Positions 1-11,659 of a DNA stretch of 64,000 nt are shown piece after piece. The translations under genes and the position numbers were made by a program. This DNA comes from Leucoraja ocellata (lineage: Eukaryota): the NCBI GenBank assembly GCA_036785375.1, contig JAWMAR010000045.1, forward strand, positions 3,658,001 to 3,722,000, read 5' to 3'. The first letter of the stretch is position 1. The number at the start of each line of letters is the position of its first letter. Under the pieces are notes generated by a model. That model was given only the letters and a program-made list of their open reading frames with translations, searched no databases and was not told the origin of the DNA.

Positions 1-205
1 CGGGTCGAAGCTGCAGCCCGGAGAAAAGCTGCCTCTTCGACCAGGTAGGGACCCTGAAAGGCAGTTTCCCCCCCCCCCCCCAACCCCCACATAAAAAAGT
101 CTAGACCTCTAAACAAAACACTTAACTAACTAAAAATAAAAATAAAACGGTGAAAAGACAGACAACTGCTGGCAGGGCAGCCGCGCACAGGACAGCGCCC
201 CCTAT
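1..205 (-). mobile_element. 5' part of a GC-rich non-autonomous retroposon (same family as 8431-9354)
   Basis: Reverse complement aligns by eye to 8464-8660 (ggcgc..ggctgc, T-rich tract, G-run, ggaaactg, cctacctggtcg). Confidence 0.7.
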
Positions 206-214
206 TTTCAGACC

Positions 215-1976
215 CGAGTGAAAGTGGCTATGGTACCGTTTATATCTAAGACTGGAAAACGCAGACAATGGAGTACATGTTGCATTCTTAATGGGGAAAA
301 GCCAGAGTGGCACTATTGAAACAAATGAAAATCCCAGAATGGAACTTACTGCCACAGTCTTAGCTGTTAAAGTTGACATAATGCTGCAAAAACAACTGCA
401 GCATCAACTGGAAGAATCTTCTGGACTGATAGTACTACGGTGCCTAAATACTTCAACAATGAGAACAAACGTTTCTTGACATTTGTAGCAAACATAATCT
501 CTTTTGTAATGGAAATATGTTAACACAAAGGAAAATCCTGCGGATGAAGCTTCTAGAGGACTGTCAGCAAATTGCTTCTTAAGCAATAAGAGATGGATCA
601 ATGGCCCGGAGTTTTTCTGTAAGCCAGATAGAGAATGGCCAAAACTTGAGCTGGGATCTGAAATCTCTGCTAATGATCCGGAAATTAAACAAAACATCAC
701 AGTGAACGTTTTTGCTAAAGATTCATCAAACACAACAAATTATTGAATTACCTACCTTTCAATATGGAAGAAGTTGGTGACTGTTGTGGCTCAGGTTCTT
801 AAAGCCAAAACAAGGTTATTGCTGTTTGCTCAAAAAAAGGAAAGAGATTGCTGAAGGTATCTTTGACGAAGATCCTGAAAAATTGAAAGAAAAAGTTGAG
901 AAGATGCAAGTTTTTAAGGCATCGTACGACGTACAGGGTTTACATCTTGATGATCCATCTCCTCAAAGCGGAAAATTCGATTATTTCTTTCTACCAAAGA
1001 CAGAAATACAAAGAGGAAATATCGACGTTAGAAACTGGAGTACATGGTGTTAAAAATGACAGTCAATTGTACAAGCTTGATCCAGTATTGGAAGAACGAC
1101 ATCTGAGAGTGTGTGGTCCTATGAATAGACGAGCAATGCCTGAAGAGGCCAAGCATCCTATTATTCTCTCTGAGGGCTTCCACATTTCAACATTATTGTT
1201 ACACCATATCCATGAACTGATCGGATATAGAAGTCTCATGCTGTCAAAACTTTGGACTTTTGTGTTTTGGGCTATATACTGGGTATCATGCCTGACGTTA
1301 AGGGTTTGGTGCATACTGCACGACTTATATAATGTTTTAATAAGACCAATAACCAAGTTATGCTTGCTCCTAGAAGGCAAAGATGAAGAAGCAAGGATCT
1401 CTATAGAGGTCTGAAAGCTGATATCTATACGTTTTTTTTTTTTGATGTATGTTAAGCTTTTAAAGCTCCTTTTTTAATGTCTATTGGTAATTGCCTCGTT
1501 ATATACTCAGAACAATTAGGGGCCGGTATATAATAGCCATTTAGCTTAACTCAGTATGTTATAATTATAACCAGTTAGCTTTAATTGTATCTGCCTGTAA
1601 TTATGTGGGTGGGATTTGTACATAGTCTGAGGCGTCTTTGTGGCAAGAGGATTCTGGCGCAGACACCCAGATGTTTTTTTTTAGTTCGAAGAAGGTCGTG
1701 GGAGATACATCGTTTTCGACCATGCACGAGCATGACCACGAGTATGATTGAAACGGACTTTTCCAAGAAGAACTTTTATGAATTATCTTACTGCTTTGTA
1801 CTTCAATAAAGAAACTATCAATCAAGAGACTGTTTCTGGAAATCTTATCTTTCGAAGGCATTGAATGTCTCGTGGAGGGCTCGTGGAATGCGTAAGATTA
1901 CCTTCTGACCCATAGTCAGCACATTAGTGAATATCGATGACTAAATCCTTGAGATGTTGTAAAAACTGCCACTATA
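215..1976 (+). mobile_element. Degenerate BEL/Pao LTR retrotransposon 3' part (RNase H to integrase linker) with 3' LTR ~1529-1976
   Basis: Frameshifted peptides FLMGKS..PRMELTATVLAV, WTDSTTV, WKYVNTKENPADEASRG, WINGPEF and LYKLDPVLE..LRV..EAKHPIIL are typical Pao pol. A purine-rich aggggccgg precedes an LTR-like block with AATAAA. Confidence 0.85.
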
Positions 1977-2539
1977 GTAGGTATCACACATTTTCATTCC
2001 AGCCATCCATTCCCATTTAGTACAGAACATAGATGATGTAGAATAATTGGGCTATGCTCCTTTGAATACTTAGCAAGCTTATCCAGTGAATTGGATAAAT
2101 CCTTTGTCCAGAAAAACCCAGATTGATTTCTAGTGTTTGATACATTAGCACATTTTAGCAAATGTCTTAATCAGACACCAGTTACACTGTAATTAGATTG
2201 TGTAGTTGCAGTAGGTATTTGAAAACCCGGCTACGTTATTTAGCACATCCCTTCTCTCTGTGTGCAATAACTGTATGCCTGTCTAGATGAGTGTGTCGTA
2301 GAGGTAGCATGGGATTGGGTTCTAAAGTTGAACACAATGGAAAAGCAGTTAACAAACTTCAAAACTTCAGGAGAGTGTAACAATATTAAGAATAAGCATA
2401 AAAAATAAAAGCAAGGAGATTAGAATCCATCTCTATAGAAGGTGTTAGGCCATAACTGTAGTACTGCATGCTGTCCGGGACACCACTCTAGAGGATGGAC
2501 ATCATTGCACTGCAGAGGGTGCTAATGATGTGCACATAG

Positions 2540-2888
2540 GGTGCACTTGATTCTGCGGCTTGGCACGGACACTTTAATAACTGGCACTGGACACTTTAAT
2601 AACTTGCACTGGCCACTTTAATAACTGGCACTGGCCACTCAAATCAGCTGCCCCGGACATTTTTTATGATTGGTTTTATTGTATTTTAACGTTGTGTTTT
2701 TACCTGCTTTTAACTATTTATACTGTTCCATCAGGGACTGGATGTTTTTAGTGTTATTATGTGTGAAATGGTTTAAATTTCATGTGCGATGCTCCGCTAT
2801 TCCCTGGGAAATGTCTTCTCATTTTGCACTGTACAACTGTTGCTTTGCAAGATGACAATAAAGGTTGATTGGATTGATTGATTGATTG
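2540..2888 (+). mobile_element. LINE 3'-UTR fragment with (GATT)n tail inserted into an older CR1 remnant; includes short ggcactggacactttaataact tandem units
   Basis: Tail gatgacaataaaggttgattggattgattgattg; flanks read as CR1 RT remnants. Confidence 0.55.
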
Positions 2889-3039
2889 TTTGAAGAAGAT
2901 TCACCAGACCACTGCCTGGGATGGAGCATTTAAGCTAAGAAGAAAGATTGGATAATCTGAGTTTGTTTTCCTTCAAGCAGAGAAGGGGACTGGATTGATG
3001 CATTGATGGGGTGGGTAGTGAAAAACCTTTGCCCTCAGC

Positions 3040-3410
3040 ATAGAAACATAGAAACATAGAAATTAGGTGCAGGAGTAGACCATTCGGCCCTTTGAGCCTG
3101 CACCGCCATTCAATATGATCATGGCTGATCATCCAACTCAGTATCCCGTACCTGCCTTCTCTCCATACCCTCTGATCCCCTTAGCCACAAGGGCCACATC
3201 TAACTCCTTCTTAAATATACCCAATGAACTGGCCTCAACTACCCTCTGTGGCAGAGAGTTCCAGAGATTCACCACTTTCTGTGTGAAAAAAGTTCTTCTC
3301 ATCTCGGTTTTAAAGGATTTCCCCCTTATCCTTAAGCTGTGACCCCTTGTCCTGGACTTCCCCAACATCAGGAACAATCTTCCTGCATCTAGCCTGTCCA
3401 ACCCCTTAAC
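3040..3410 (-). mobile_element. CR1 (HER1-like) LINE 3' end
   Basis: ORF 3138-3401 DRLDAGRLF..RTRGHSLRI..FFTQKVVNLWNSLP plus (catagaaa)n tail. Confidence 0.92.
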
Positions 3411-3961
3411 AAAGACATGAATGCTTATAACCAGAGAACAACATTTTACCTAAAGGGAGAATGAGAAAGATTTTTTTCCACCCAGAGGGTGGTTGAAATG
3501 TAGAACAATCTGCCTGAGAGGTGGTGGAGACAGAGACTCACAACATTCAAGAAACGTTAATATGAGCACTGGAAATATCATGAAGGCTATGGGTGACGGT
3601 GGAAATTTGGATGAGCACGGATAGATATTTGATGGTTGGCATGCACACTAGAATGAGCTGAGGAGCCTGTTTTACAGGTGTCGGACTCTATGGCTCTCTG
3701 ACAAGGAAGGAAGAATAGTTACTATTGTAAGTAATTGGTTATATTTTTGAAACTAAAATAAGGTTAAATTTTTATTTATGGAGAAAATATTACCACCACT
3801 TGTGGTCATAAAACAGCACCTTATTCATTTTTGAGATTAGGCCAGTCATGTCTATAAAATGTTCCTTCTTATTCATTTCAAAATGTTCAATAGTTTCTTG
3901 TATATTACTGTTACTGTCAACGTCAGTAAAAAGTATCTCAAACCCTCTGGCATTGGGTTAA

Positions 3962-5523
3962 TGTAGATGGTTATGCATGAAACCAAATATGTAGTTACCT
4001 CATTACCATATTGACACTCCCACCTTATGTAGTATAACTGTAGTATCTGCATGCACCCTCCCCTGTAGGTTCCAGTACGTGTGTAGACCAGTTGTGGTCA
4101 GTGCTGGCACGTGTGGATGTAGTGTCTTAATAAAGACTTAGTGAAGGACTAAGGCCTACGTCTAATATCATTTACATGGTGTCAGAACCTTTTAATCTGC
4201 GCCTCTCGTATATCGGGTTTTATTTTGCCTTTTGAGTGTGTGTGTAGTGATGGCTTCGTCTTGTCACAAGCCTTCCCCGTTAGTCTTTGATGCCGACATC
4301 GCGGAGCGATGGGACACGTTCGTCATGGACTACAACCATTATGTGAATATTGCACACCGTAATGACCCCGCTGCTGTCAAAGCATCGCTGCTATTGAATC
4401 TTGCTGGGCCTGATGCTATGAGGAGGGCTAAGTCGTTTGTGTACCGTCCAGTGGTCCTGGGTGAGGACGACCAGCTTGTTGTGCCAGCCGAGTCTCCTGA
4501 CGACCCAGCGTGTCTGTTGAGGAAGTTTACAGAGATTTGCGACCTTCCTTCGAATCGCATTTTGGAGCGAGCTCGTTTCTTTTCTCGCAAGCAACAGCCT
4601 GAGGAACCTGTGGAATGTTTTATTGCCGACCTCCGCCACCTATTCCAGCGCTGTCGTTTTGGTGAGTTGTGTGACCAGCTCACGCGGGACATATTAGTTA
4701 CTGGCATGCTTGACCAGAAGTTGCGGTCTGATTTATTACGGAGGCCTGACCTCACGTTGAACGAAGCTGTGCATGCTTGTCGCATTGCTGAGGTTGTTAC
4801 TCCGTTTCGTGGGGAGAGAGGATCTGGGAACCGTGCCGTTAGTGTGGCTGCTCTGTCTGTGCCGCGGCGGCCACCAAACAGTTTTAAACCACAGCCTCGC
4901 CCAGCTCCTGCCCCTCGCCCTCAGAGTGCCAGGAAGTGCCCAGCATCCATACGAGCAGGAAAACCTGCACGTTCTTAATGTGAATTTTGTCCCTTCAAAG
5001 CAGCTGCGGAACCTGCTCGAGCACACTGCTGCTGACCCTGACTTGCAACAGCAGGTTTCTGGTTTCTGGCCAGTCCCCTGTTTTGCTGTCTGATCCGCCG
5101 TCCCCACATTGTTCTCCGCCTCTGCCTTTCTCTTTGGGGGAGGGGAGTGAGGGTGAGGGTGCTGTACGGACCCGTTCAGGTAGAGTTCTCCGGCCCCCTG
5201 ACCGGTATGGCGATTTTGCTTAATATTGTGCTGTTTGATAATTGATACTGTTACTATGTTGCAGGTTTGTGTAATTACCCTGCTGCTGTTTATTCTACGG
5301 GAAAGGATGTAGATGGTTATGCATGAAACCAAATATGTAGTTACCTCATTACCATATTGACACTCCCACCTTATGTAGTATAACTGTAGTATCTGCATGC
5401 ACCCTCCCCCTGTAGGTTCCAGTACGTGTGTAGACCAGTTGTGGTCAGTGCTGGAACGTGTGGATGTAGTGTCTTAATAAAGACTTAGTGAAGGACTAAG
5501 GACTACGTCTAATATCCTTTACA
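3962..5523 (+). mobile_element. Young non-autonomous Gypsy-type LTR element encoding only gag (LTRs 3962-4176 and 5308-5523)
   Basis: TG..CA LTRs differ by 3 substitutions and 1 indel. 5-bp TSD GTTAA. PBS tggtgtcagaa at 4177 (tRNA-Leu-like). PPT gggaaagga before the 3' LTR. Confidence 0.95.
4250..4978 (+). CDS. Gypsy-type gag (capsid) ORF, zinc knuckle apparently deleted
   Basis: Contains W..F...Y, LLLNLAGPDA and ERARFFSRKQQPEEPVECFIADLRHLFQRCRFG..RDILVTG, a classic retrotransposon gag; ends ...RKCPAS. Confidence 0.85.
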   Translation: MASSCHKPSPLVFDADIAERWDTFVMDYNHYVNIAHRNDPAAVKASLLLNLAGPDAMRRAKSFVYRPVVLGEDDQLVVPAESPDDPACLLRKFTEICDLPSNRILERARFFSRKQQPEEPVECFIADLRHLFQRCRFGELCDQLTRDILVTGMLDQKLRSDLLRRPDLTLNEAVHACRIAEVVTPFRGERGSGNRAVSVAALSVPRRPPNSFKPQPRPAPAPRPQSARKCPASIRAGKPARS

Positions 5524-5877
5524 GTTAATATGATCATCTCTCTTTGAAACAGACACTTCAGTTCACCCTTGATAGGACCATTAGCAGTGAGGACCATTTA
5601 CTTCCTCTGGTCTGTCATCATGGGAATATAACAAAGACTGAAACCTCATCTTCATTAAAATCAGGTTGTGAGTGCTGCCACTTGACTAAACATTTATTTG
5701 TCAAACTGGACTAAAATTGTCACATGATGAACAGCAGCCAAACAATCATTAGCATTAAACAAGCACCAAAATAACCAACGTGGCAGGCAGCCCATGTTGG
5801 AAGTGTGCCATACACTATTGGATAGGAATCTTTTGCAAGCATTTCAGGATTTAGCTGTATACTAAATTCTATGCAAT

Positions 5878-6958
5878 ATACAATAGACAATAGGTGCAGG
5901 AGTAGACCCTTCGAGCCAGCACCGCCATTCAATGTGATCATGGCTGATCATCCCCAATCAGTACCTCGCTCCTGCCTTCTCCCTATATCCCTCTGACTCC
6001 GCTATCTTTAAGAGCCCTATCTATAGCAATGTTATAAAATTTTGAGATTTTAAAAATCAAGTCTGCAATTTATCCCATCAGATAAAGCATAACAATAAGT
6101 TTAATTTGACACCAAATTCACTTTCATATCTCAAGTATTAAAAAAGTTATGGCCATTTTCATACTCGGAAATTAGCATCTTGTTCCCTATTGATTTTCAA
6201 TGGACATTACAAAAAAGCTGTGATCTTGGATAGTCAAAAGCCCATTTCTTAAGGAAAGATTAACATTTTTAAATAGCCTAAGTGTCCAAAGATTATTCAC
6301 AAATAATTCACAATATAACATGATTTTTATATCTAATTTACATTAATTTATAGGCCAAATGGAAGGAATTTAGTGTTCAATTGTTGTAAATAAATGCCCA
6401 TTTAAATCGGCTTTCTAGTGGGTTCATGTGAACGCGCTGGTTTAGAACGTTCGCATCGCGCTGGATTAGTGCCCTCAAATGCCGAGAAAAATACTGCGGG
6501 ATATAAAAAGCCCAAAATGAACTACTCGCTATAGATAACTTTAATTACAGGGTTATATATATGCCCCATTTAATGTAAAAATAAGGTACATACCTTTAAT
6601 TGTTTGCTTTATAAAACCCTGGGGCTGCGAGAGGTTGCGGAATCAGAGAGTAATTTTAAAACTATTATAACTATATTATCGAGGCCTATAAAACTAATAA
6701 TACCTTTTGCGACCGGGTCTTGCAACGATTTTTCGTTAATGATTTACTAGGCTGAACATCTGCGATTAGAACAGCCTAGTAAAAATCGCGTTTTAAACCC
6801 GCCCCCTCCAAACAGCGCCAAAATCGCGGACATGGCTGAGGGCAGATTCCCAATGACGATTCAGGTAGGTTTTGTAACATACCTACTATCTAGCTCTCTT
6901 GAAAGTATCCAGAGAGCCGGCCTCCACTGCACTCTGAGGCAGAGAATTCCACAGACTT
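5878..6958 (-). mobile_element. CR1 3' fragment split by an 862-bp TIR element
   Basis: CR1 sequence at 5878-6023 resumes exactly at 6886-6958. Confidence 0.85.
6024..6885. mobile_element. Non-autonomous TIR DNA transposon with 7-bp TSD
   Basis: Imperfect 16-bp TIRs (tagcaatgttataaaa / revcomp taggtatgttacaaaa); TSD CTATCTA at 6017-6023 and 6886-6892. Confidence 0.8.
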
Positions 6959-7139
6959 GACTCACGATCGGGGAAAGCTCATCAAATGCCAGCAAATGAT
7001 AAGCAGAAGGTGTGACAAGTGTGAAGGCCAAGGCAAATAAGAATATGAAAGTGATATTTGCATGTGCTGATAAGATATATTACCACAGTTTCTTCATGAG
7101 AGTGATTCAGGAATTCTGATTCATATGCTGAAATTCAAA

Positions 7140-7790
7140 AAAAAGTCAAAAACTTTATTTGCCATTTGTGCTTACACACATAGGAACTCTTGTGCGGTTG
7201 TTCAGAGAGTCAAGTCAAGTTAAAAAGACACACAGAAGACACATAATCTATAAAAACATATACTTCTCTAGAACTAAAAAAGAAAGAAAATGCCTAAAAC
7301 CCTATATAAAGGGGAAAGTGAGAGCATTGTAAATTACACAAACCCTATATAAAAAGTGTCGATTGCATTGTAAATTGCACAGGCCCAGGAGACAATATAA
7401 TATGATGTGCTATGAGGTAGGTCAGGACATCAGTTCATTTTGTTTTGGCCAAGAGTCTCACTGTGGCAGGGAAGAAGCTCTTAAAAAAGCGTGTTCTGTT
7501 TGTGACGATGCTGTCCGCTCGTCTGTGCCTGAGGTTGTATGTGCAGTTTTTGTGTTTGAGCAGGGAGTGAGCTGGATGTAGTGTGTCTCTGATGATTCTC
7601 TCTGCTCTTTTTTGACAGCGCTGTGTATAGATTGTATCCATGGAGGGGAGTTCTGTTCTGATAATCCTCTCTTCAGTCTTTATGACTCTTTGCAGAGCCT
7701 TCCTCTCTGTCTGTGTGGTGTTTCCATACAACACTGTGATGCCTGTGGTGAGGATGCTCTCTATCAGTTCTTTGTAGACCTGGGTGAGAG
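7140..7790 (-). mobile_element. Rex1/Babar-type LINE 3' fragment
   Basis: ORF 7435-7734 ERKALQRVIKT..IIRTELPSMDTIY..RAERIIRDTLHPAHSL..RFFKSFFPATVRLL. Confidence 0.85.
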
Positions 7791-8430
7791 GGCGACAGTG
7801 CAGACCAGCAATTCAGAGGGACCTGGAACAGGCCTCATCAATAATTTGTCAGCCATGCTAACCTTTTGTTATATTTTTTACCTACTTTACTAATATAACG
7901 TACTATAATGTAGAGGGAGGCCATTCACTGGGCCCATGTAGGTTCTCTACAAAGCAATTTCACCAGTCCTCCTTAAGTCCTGCAATTCACTCCCTCATTA
8001 ACTAACTTGCGGTCTTTTGTAATTTACTGACACCAGGGCAATTTAAGGTAGCACACTTTGTACACTCCACTTATTCACTCAAAACAACAATTGGTTAGTC
8101 AAGTCTACTTTAATAAATACATTTGTGACCACTGTGAATTTGCTGACAAAGGTAAAATGCTGGGGATGCTGAAAACCTGAAATAAAAGGAGGACATTTTC
8201 AGCAAGTCAGATGTACAGATGTATCCATGTACAGAGAGACAGAGTTAAACTTTAATTCAGAACTGGAAGACGCCAGTTGCAAAAGCAACTAAGAGGGCAA
8301 AGGTTGATAATGGGGATGCAGTCAGGAATGACCAGTCGGGAACATTTGTCTTAGGTTGGAAGATAGGAGATATTAAATAGATGATAATGGATGAAAATAG
8401 TGAATAGTAAAGTATAAAATTATATCATTA

Positions 8431-9354
8431 CGGCACTACTCGGATGGCGGACTGCGGGGGTGATGCGCCGTTGTGTATGGCTGCTCCTCCTGCAGTCCGT
8501 CCTTTCTCCCTTTTTTATTTTTATTTTTAGTCCTGTCCGTGGGAAATTTTAATTGGAAGTCTTCTTTTATGTGGTGGGTGGGGGGGGGAAGGGGGAAACT
8601 GTTTAAATCCCAGTCCTACCTGGTCGGAGAAGCGGTTTTCTTCCGAACCGCTTCTTCGTCCTCTCTGTGCGGCCTACCGTCGAGCTGGAGCAGCGCTGGA
8701 GCGGCGTTTCCTGCCGGGACTGCGGGGCTTCGCCGGCGGTGCAAATGCTGGGACACCAACACCAACGCGGAGCGGGCGATGCCTTACCGGGTCGCCTTCG
8801 GGTAAGCTCCGGAGCACTGGGAACATCGCTGAGCTGCGGCTGCAGAGCGTCCAGCCGCGGGCGGGCGGCACTGGATTTCAACACCGCGGGGCCTGGTGTC
8901 CGAGTTCGCCAGTGTCAGAGGTCCGGCCAGCGCGGCCTGAGAACTTTGGACATTGCAGTCTTCAGGGAGGAAGCGGCCGCTTCAGTCCAGGCCGCTGAAG
9001 AATCGTTCACCCGACGCCGATGATCCAGCTTCGCGGCAGAGGGCCTGAGAACATCGAGTTGGCTGAGGAGGCCACATATAGACCCCGACCTCGGGTGGAC
9101 TATGAGGGGGAGAACTGGATATTTTTAGTGCCTTCCCTCACAGTGAATTCTGCTGTGGGGGGACGTTTCTTGTTGATTTCTATAGTGTACTGTTCTGTGT
9201 CTTTTTTCTTTTTTCTCTTTTTTTGTTTTTATGGATTTATTGACATTTGATCTGTTCAATTAATTTAATCAATCTCTGTAAAGCACTTTGGTTCAAATAC
9301 TGGTTTTGTTGAAAAGTGCTATATAAATAAAGATTATTATTATTATTATTATTA
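8431..9354 (+). mobile_element. GC-rich non-autonomous retroposon with L2-like 3' tail and (ATT)n end
   Basis: CpG-rich body; tail tgtaaagcactttg...gaaaagtgctatataaataaa(gatt)(att)n; near-identical truncated copy at 61879-62177. Confidence 0.75.
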
Positions 9355-11159
9355 CTCTGCCTACAGAGACAGCAATTGAAATCCCACAGCATGAATTGGT
9401 GCTTCTATTTCCTAAGGTATTTTATTTATGTTGTCATCTGACGATTAGAGGAAATTGATAACAATACAATTGAAACCTTTATAAAAAACCCACAAATGGA
9501 TGATCAAATAAAAAGATAAAAATATAAATGTATTCAGTGTTATTTTCCATAATGTTTCCAAATGCTGTGAATTGCAGCATAACCTCACTGTGTAAACCCC
9601 ACGTGGTAAGTGAGGTGCAATGGCTACCACATTTTCAAATAATTCATGCACAGGCATCTTTCATTCCCCAGTATTCAGTAGAAGCAAAACATTGTTGATG
9701 ACTAGGGACTCCTGTAGAAAAGAAGAAGGCATCAAGATTCATTTGCAATGTCATTTGAATGAACCACTTTGCTTCTCTGGCTATGAACAAAAATGTAATT
9801 CAGTTTACAATGCAGTCAATTAACTATTCGTAGTCTGGAAGGAATAGAATTATGAATGGAAGCTATATTGTAACATGACAATGTACCAGATTGATAACCT
9901 TCTACAAAGAAACTGCACACATGTGGAAGTGAAAATGTAATGGTGGTGAAAGCTCAGATACTGTGGTCAAAGGAGATGTGTTGCATTATGAGGGGAATTT
10001 CAATCAAAGTCAAAGCTACAGTTAACTATTGGGAAAACCCACAGCTAAAATTAAATTTAAAAAAAGATAGATTATTCCCAGCCTTGGCCATGACTTTGAA
10101 TCATGAGAGAAACCCTTGTTATGAACATGGCTAGTGAGGAAGAGGTTGAATTTATTTATTTACTCTTTGCAGAGGGGTTTGGATGTGGAACACATATGTA
10201 GGTCCTGAATCTTAACTCCAACAATTGCAGTCTTTGTTCCTTCATATAACCAATGTATCTTTCTTTAATTCAAACCAGCCAATGTGTTTCAAATAATTTA
10301 TGTTGATTGAGATCTGAAGGAGGGTCTCAACCTGAAACCTGCCTTTCAGAGATGCTGACTCACCTGCTGAGTTACTCCAGCACTTTGTGTCAATTTATGT
10401 CGATTAGTTTCGATTCATCCATTAAACGTGGGTATTGCTACTGGTTCATTCACTTAAACAAATACATATCTGCATTTGAAAACACATTCATGTTTTATAA
10501 TCATGCTATATTCCTGAAACATTAATCAATACTGAAGATTATATTATCTAATACTTGATGTAGAAAATTAGACTCGAAAGGTGACATGAAATTGCTGCTA
10601 GAAGTGACAGAATGGTTTGAGGTGTCTGATTTTGAATGGCACACAGTGCTCTCTTTGAAAGATTAGCAGTTCATGGCATTAAACTGAAGCATCCTTGTGT
10701 AACATATTGACATTATTGACGTTGTAAAGGATCTGAATCTGCATTGGTACCCTATCATACAGTCCCTGCAGGATATAATAAAGTCATACAGCATGGAAAC
10801 AGGCCCTTCGGCACAACTTGCCTATGCTGAACAAATGCCCCATCTACACTAGTCCAACCTGCCTGCATTTGGCCCATATCGTTCCAAACTTTTTCAATCC
10901 GTGAACCTGTCCAAACTTCTTTTAAATGTTGATTTAGTACCTACCTCAACTACCTCCTCTGGCAGCTCATCCATATGCCCACCCCCATCTGTTTGAAAAT
11001 GTTGCCCCTCAGCTCCATATTAAATCTTGCCCCTTTCACTTCAACTTAAATAGAGGCGCAACAATAACTATTGACCTGGGGTTAAGGGAAGAAGGCAGGA
11101 GATAGATCAGCCATTATTGAATGGCGGAGTAGACTTGATGGGCCGAATGGCCTAATTCT

Positions 11160-11560
11160 GCTCCAATGAATAGAGGACATAATTCTTCTCAATGACCCCA
11201 AGGTTGTCCAGCTGAACCAAACGTGGTCTGTAAGGAGTTGCACCTGGATACATTCCCCACAGGTACAGTCATCAGGGGCACCAGCAGTTTCCGTGACTTC
11301 CCACATCCTGCAGGAAGAGCTTTGCACCATTCTGTCTGCCTTCTGTGCTGCATTAAAACCCGGAGAAAAAGAAAGCACAACAGTCACACACAAGAAACAG
11401 CAGACTGTATCTTTTCAAAAGTCATCCATTGGATTGGTTTTGTGAGTGTCCAATTGTAAATTGGCCAATTGAGCAGTTAATAAAAAAAACTGCAAGGTGT
11501 AGCGGAGCAGCCTATTAGGAGTGGGCGTGTTGGGAGAGAGTCTCTCTCAGAATGTGAGGG
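11160..11560 (-). mobile_element. CR1 5' fragment: 5'UTR with CCAAT/GC boxes and ORF1 N-terminal zinc-finger remnant
   Basis: Peptide VQSSSCRMWEV...DDCTCGECIQVQLLTDHV is typical of CR1 ORF1 N-termini. Confidence 0.7.
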
Positions 11561-11659
11561 CACAAAAATATCTTACAGTAACAGTGGTTCCTAGAGTTTC
11601 AGTTGCAGATATAAAAGCTTCCCTTTAATGATACCTTTAAATATTGTTTGTGTATTTCA

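Noticed and set aside
8473-9250. Overlapping ORFs / CpG island as a gene 5' end
   Set aside because: The sequence is a dispersed repeat with related copies in the window and a retroposon tail.
11425-11530. CCAAT/GC-box cluster as a host gene promoter
   Set aside because: It sits directly 5' of a CR1 ORF1 remnant, so it is better explained as the LINE 5'UTR.
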